Of a stretch of DNA of 64,000 nucleotides, positions 61,433 to 64,000 are shown piece after piece (position 1 is the first letter of the stretch; every line of letters begins with the position of its first letter). The notes under the pieces are model-generated. The model saw only the letters and a program-made list of their open reading frames with translations, was not told where the DNA came from and made no database searches. Origin of the DNA: an uncultured Bacteroidota bacterium. Its GTDB lineage: Bacteria > Bacteroidota > Ignavibacteria > UBA10030 > UBA6906. Location: the NCBI GenBank assembly GCA_963700635.1, contig CAVOYH010000003.1, forward strand, positions 1,376,001 to 1,440,000, in the 5' to 3' direction. The position numbers and the translations under genes were made by a program.

Positions 61433-62602
61433 GTGAAACGAAGTCCGGGGTGTCTTGCGAAGCTGGAGAGAATGACCAAAACGCTTCGGCATGAAGAAGC
61501 CGACCGTGTTCCAGTCAGTGATTTCTTCTGGGGGAGTTTTCTTGATCGCTGGCGTCGTGAACTGGGGCTGGCGAAGGACTCGGACATCTATCGGTACTAT
61601 GATCTTGACTGGGTTGTCACGATCCCCAATATGGACCCTCATGTCAAACAGTTCGAGCTGCTCGAGGAATCCGACGGTCATGTTGTCGTGCGCACGGGTT
61701 TTGAGGCGGTGGTCAGGAAACAGTTCGCCGACCCGATGCCTGCATTTCTGAGGTTTGAGACCGATACCATCGAGAAAATGAAGGCATTCCAGTTTGATGA
61801 CCCATGGGATGAACGCAGATATCATCGTGCCGGTGACAATCAGATTGCCGGGGTTGGTGACGGTTTTGTGAGGAATTCGGCGGCCTGGGTGGAAGGAGTG
61901 AAGTCGCTTCATCCGGACTTTCCGGTGTATGGAAGTGTCTGCGAAGCACAGGAGATGGTATGGCGTATCATCGGGTCTGAAAACGTCATGCTCTGGATCG
62001 GTCTCTACCCTGATGAGCTCGCCGGATTCATCGAGCGTGTTGGGGAATTTGCCCTGGGGATCACCAGGGCCCAGATCCAGGCGGCCGGGGGCAGACTGGA
62101 TGGAATGGTCATATGGGGCGATATTGCCTACACCAGAGACATGTTCTTTTCCCCCGCATATTGGCGAAGGTGCTTCAAACCTGTTGTCAAAGCAATTGTT
62201 GAAGAATGCCACGCGCACGGACTCCCCGTGATCTACCATGGATGCGGCAATGTCAGGAGGGTCTTTCAGGACTTCATTGAGATCGGGGTGGACGCGTACA
62301 ACCCGCTGGAGGCGAAAGCCGGAATGGACGTCATCGGTTTGCGCCGTCAATACGGACACACAATCAGCTTCTGCGGTAATCTGGATGTCCTTACCTGGGC
62401 CTTCGGCACGCAGGAAGAGATTAAGAACATGGTCCTCACCAAATTGAACGCCGCAAAAGGTGGCGGCTATATCGTTCAATCGGATCATTCTGTGCCGGGA
62501 AATGTGTCGGGAGAAAACTACGATTACGTCATACGCCTCCTGCGCGAATACGGAACATATCCGTTGAGGCTGGGAGAATATGATATCGCAGACATACGTT
62601 GA
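61433..62602 (+). CDS. Uroporphyrinogen decarboxylase / MtaA-CmuA superfamily protein
   Basis: EADRVP, IWGDIA, IYHGCG, SFCGNLD and GGGYIVQSDHSVP. Confidence 0.88.
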   Translation: MKRSPGCLAKLERMTKTLRHEEADRVPVSDFFWGSFLDRWRRELGLAKDSDIYRYYDLDWVVTIPNMDPHVKQFELLEESDGHVVVRTGFEAVVRKQFADPMPAFLRFETDTIEKMKAFQFDDPWDERRYHRAGDNQIAGVGDGFVRNSAAWVEGVKSLHPDFPVYGSVCEAQEMVWRIIGSENVMLWIGLYPDELAGFIERVGEFALGITRAQIQAAGGRLDGMVIWGDIAYTRDMFFSPAYWRRCFKPVVKAIVEECHAHGLPVIYHGCGNVRRVFQDFIEIGVDAYNPLEAKAGMDVIGLRRQYGHTISFCGNLDVLTWAFGTQEEIKNMVLTKLNAAKGGGYIVQSDHSVPGNVSGENYDYVIRLLREYGTYPLRLGEYDIADIR

Positions 62603-62715
62603 GGCAGGAAGGTGCTCCCGTGGTTGCATGTTGCTATTGGGCGGACAGATCAGTTACTTTATTTTAGAGGCTGTACGCCTCTCGAGGTATCCAAAACTTT
62701 CGAAAGGAACAAACC

Positions 62716-62919
62716 ATGTCCGTCGCACGTGTTACGGAAATAACTTCAGCGTCCACAAAAAGCTTCGAGGATGCAATCCAGGTCGGCGTCAGCCGTGCCA
62801 ACAAGACTCTGCAGAATGTTAAGGGTGCCTGGATCCAGGATCAGAAGATCGTGGTGGAAAACGGCAAGATCACCGAATACCGCGTGAACATGAAGGTGAC
62901 GTTTGTACTCACGGCCTGA
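62716..62919 (+). CDS. Dodecin (flavin-binding)
   Basis: SSTKSFEDAI-like region and EYRVNMKVTF; 67 aa. Confidence 0.93.
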   Translation: MSVARVTEITSASTKSFEDAIQVGVSRANKTLQNVKGAWIQDQKIVVENGKITEYRVNMKVTFVLTA

Positions 62920-63026
62920 TGTGTGCAATCGCGGAAATGTTGGTCTTGCAGCCACTGTGTCCCGGGCAACCATTTCGGGGAGAACGGGATTGTTGAGTAA
63001 GATCATGTTTTTGCAGGGAGAGTAGA

Positions 63027-63890
63027 TTGGCAGAAACCAGGCAGACCGCAACGCTGCTGTTATCATGCGCTGACAGGAGAGGACTCGTATCGAGAATCTC
63101 GCACTTCATTTTCGAGCGCGGGGGGAATATTGTCGATTTGAGCGAGCATGTGGACTCCAACGAGCGGCAGTTCTTTCTGAGGGTTGCCTGGGACATGTCT
63201 GGTTTTTCGATCACGGCGGACGACCTCACCGATGCCTTCGGACCCCTCGCGAGAGAGTTTGATGCGCGCTGGAAGATAAGTCTGAATCACAAGAGACACA
63301 GGGTGGCAATTTTCGTCTCGAAGGATGATCATTGCCTCCTGGAAATCCTCTGGCGGTACACGCTCGGGGAGTTTAACGCTGATATCTGTCTGATCATTTC
63401 GAATCACGAGGGGGTGGCGCCACTCTGCGCACGCTACAATGTGCCGTTTCACGTCTTTGCGAAAACCCCTGAGAATAAAGTGCATCAGGAAGAACTGGAA
63501 CTCGCTTTATTGAAGAAAGAGGCGATTGACACAGTGGTGCTTGCCCGCTACATGCAAATCCTTTCTCCTCATTTTGTTGAGCAATACCCGAGCGCGATCA
63601 TTAACATTCACCATTCGTTTCTTCCTGCCTTCGCCGGAAGCAACCCCTATACGCAGGCATACGAGAGAGGCGTAAAGATCATCGGGGCGACAAGTCACTA
63701 CGTGACGGAAGACCTCGACGAAGGCCCGATTATTGAACAGGACATCAGTCACATATCACATCGGGATTCTATCAAGGACCTTGTCCGGAAAGGCCGTGAT
63801 CTTGAGCGACTGGTTCTGGCCCGGGCTGTACGCCTTCATCTGGAAGATCGGGTCCTCGTCCATGGGAGGAAAACGATAGTGTTCGATTAG
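63027..63890 (+). CDS. purU: Formyltetrahydrofolate deformylase
   Basis: N-terminal ACT domain, VLARYMQIL, INIHHSFLPAF, GVKIIGATSH and LDEGPIIEQ. Confidence 0.97.
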   Translation: MAETRQTATLLLSCADRRGLVSRISHFIFERGGNIVDLSEHVDSNERQFFLRVAWDMSGFSITADDLTDAFGPLAREFDARWKISLNHKRHRVAIFVSKDDHCLLEILWRYTLGEFNADICLIISNHEGVAPLCARYNVPFHVFAKTPENKVHQEELELALLKKEAIDTVVLARYMQILSPHFVEQYPSAIINIHHSFLPAFAGSNPYTQAYERGVKIIGATSHYVTEDLDEGPIIEQDISHISHRDSIKDLVRKGRDLERLVLARAVRLHLEDRVLVHGRKTIVFD

Positions 63891-64000
63891 GAGGGTTCCA
63901 CCATCTTCGGTTGAACGGTGCTATCGTAAAATCTTAAGAATGCGTCCTGGAACGGAGACGTGTGGGTGAGCAGAGTCGTGGGCCTCTTCTGTCCGAAAGG

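Noticed and set aside
61409-62629. 406 aa minus-strand ORF (likewise 49789-50799, 7348-8232 and 8563-9444)
   Set aside because: Fully antisense to well-supported genes and explained by codon bias.

Overview
Chromosomal window from a Gram-negative FCB-group bacterium. It is most like Ignavibacteria: four proteins end in QNYPNPFNP-type T9SS C-terminal domains, one has a PVPIELAGFTA linker, and canonical TTGACA-17-TATATT promoters and GGAGG Shine-Dalgarno sites are used. The left third is a ~17.7 kb tightly packed respiratory operon. It encodes a diheme NarC-like cytochrome, narGHJI, two NarK transporters and, directly attached, an alternative complex III (actABCDEF) with no aa3 oxidase behind it. 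About 9 kb away is a two-subunit heme-copper enzyme whose helix-VI His/Tyr site reads WWGLDLIADGLVL (gNOR-like putative NO reductase) and whose subunit II has lost the CuA Cys/His ligands. Also present: zwf-pgl, a USP, two DUF2294/MpsC paralogs separated by a structured attenuator-like leader, a cold-shock gene, a TetR/HlyD/ABC/TolC efflux cluster next to a sigma-54 two-component system, a ~2,100 aa T9SS protein (beta-helix, metzincin, vWA, ten GFVSGQP repeats), a propeller-PP2C sensor, a URO-D family protein, dodecin and purU. Six single-base frameshifts in otherwise intact genes suggest long-read consensus errors. I saw no rRNA, tRNA, CRISPR array or mobile element. All calls come from reading motifs by eye; no searches were run.
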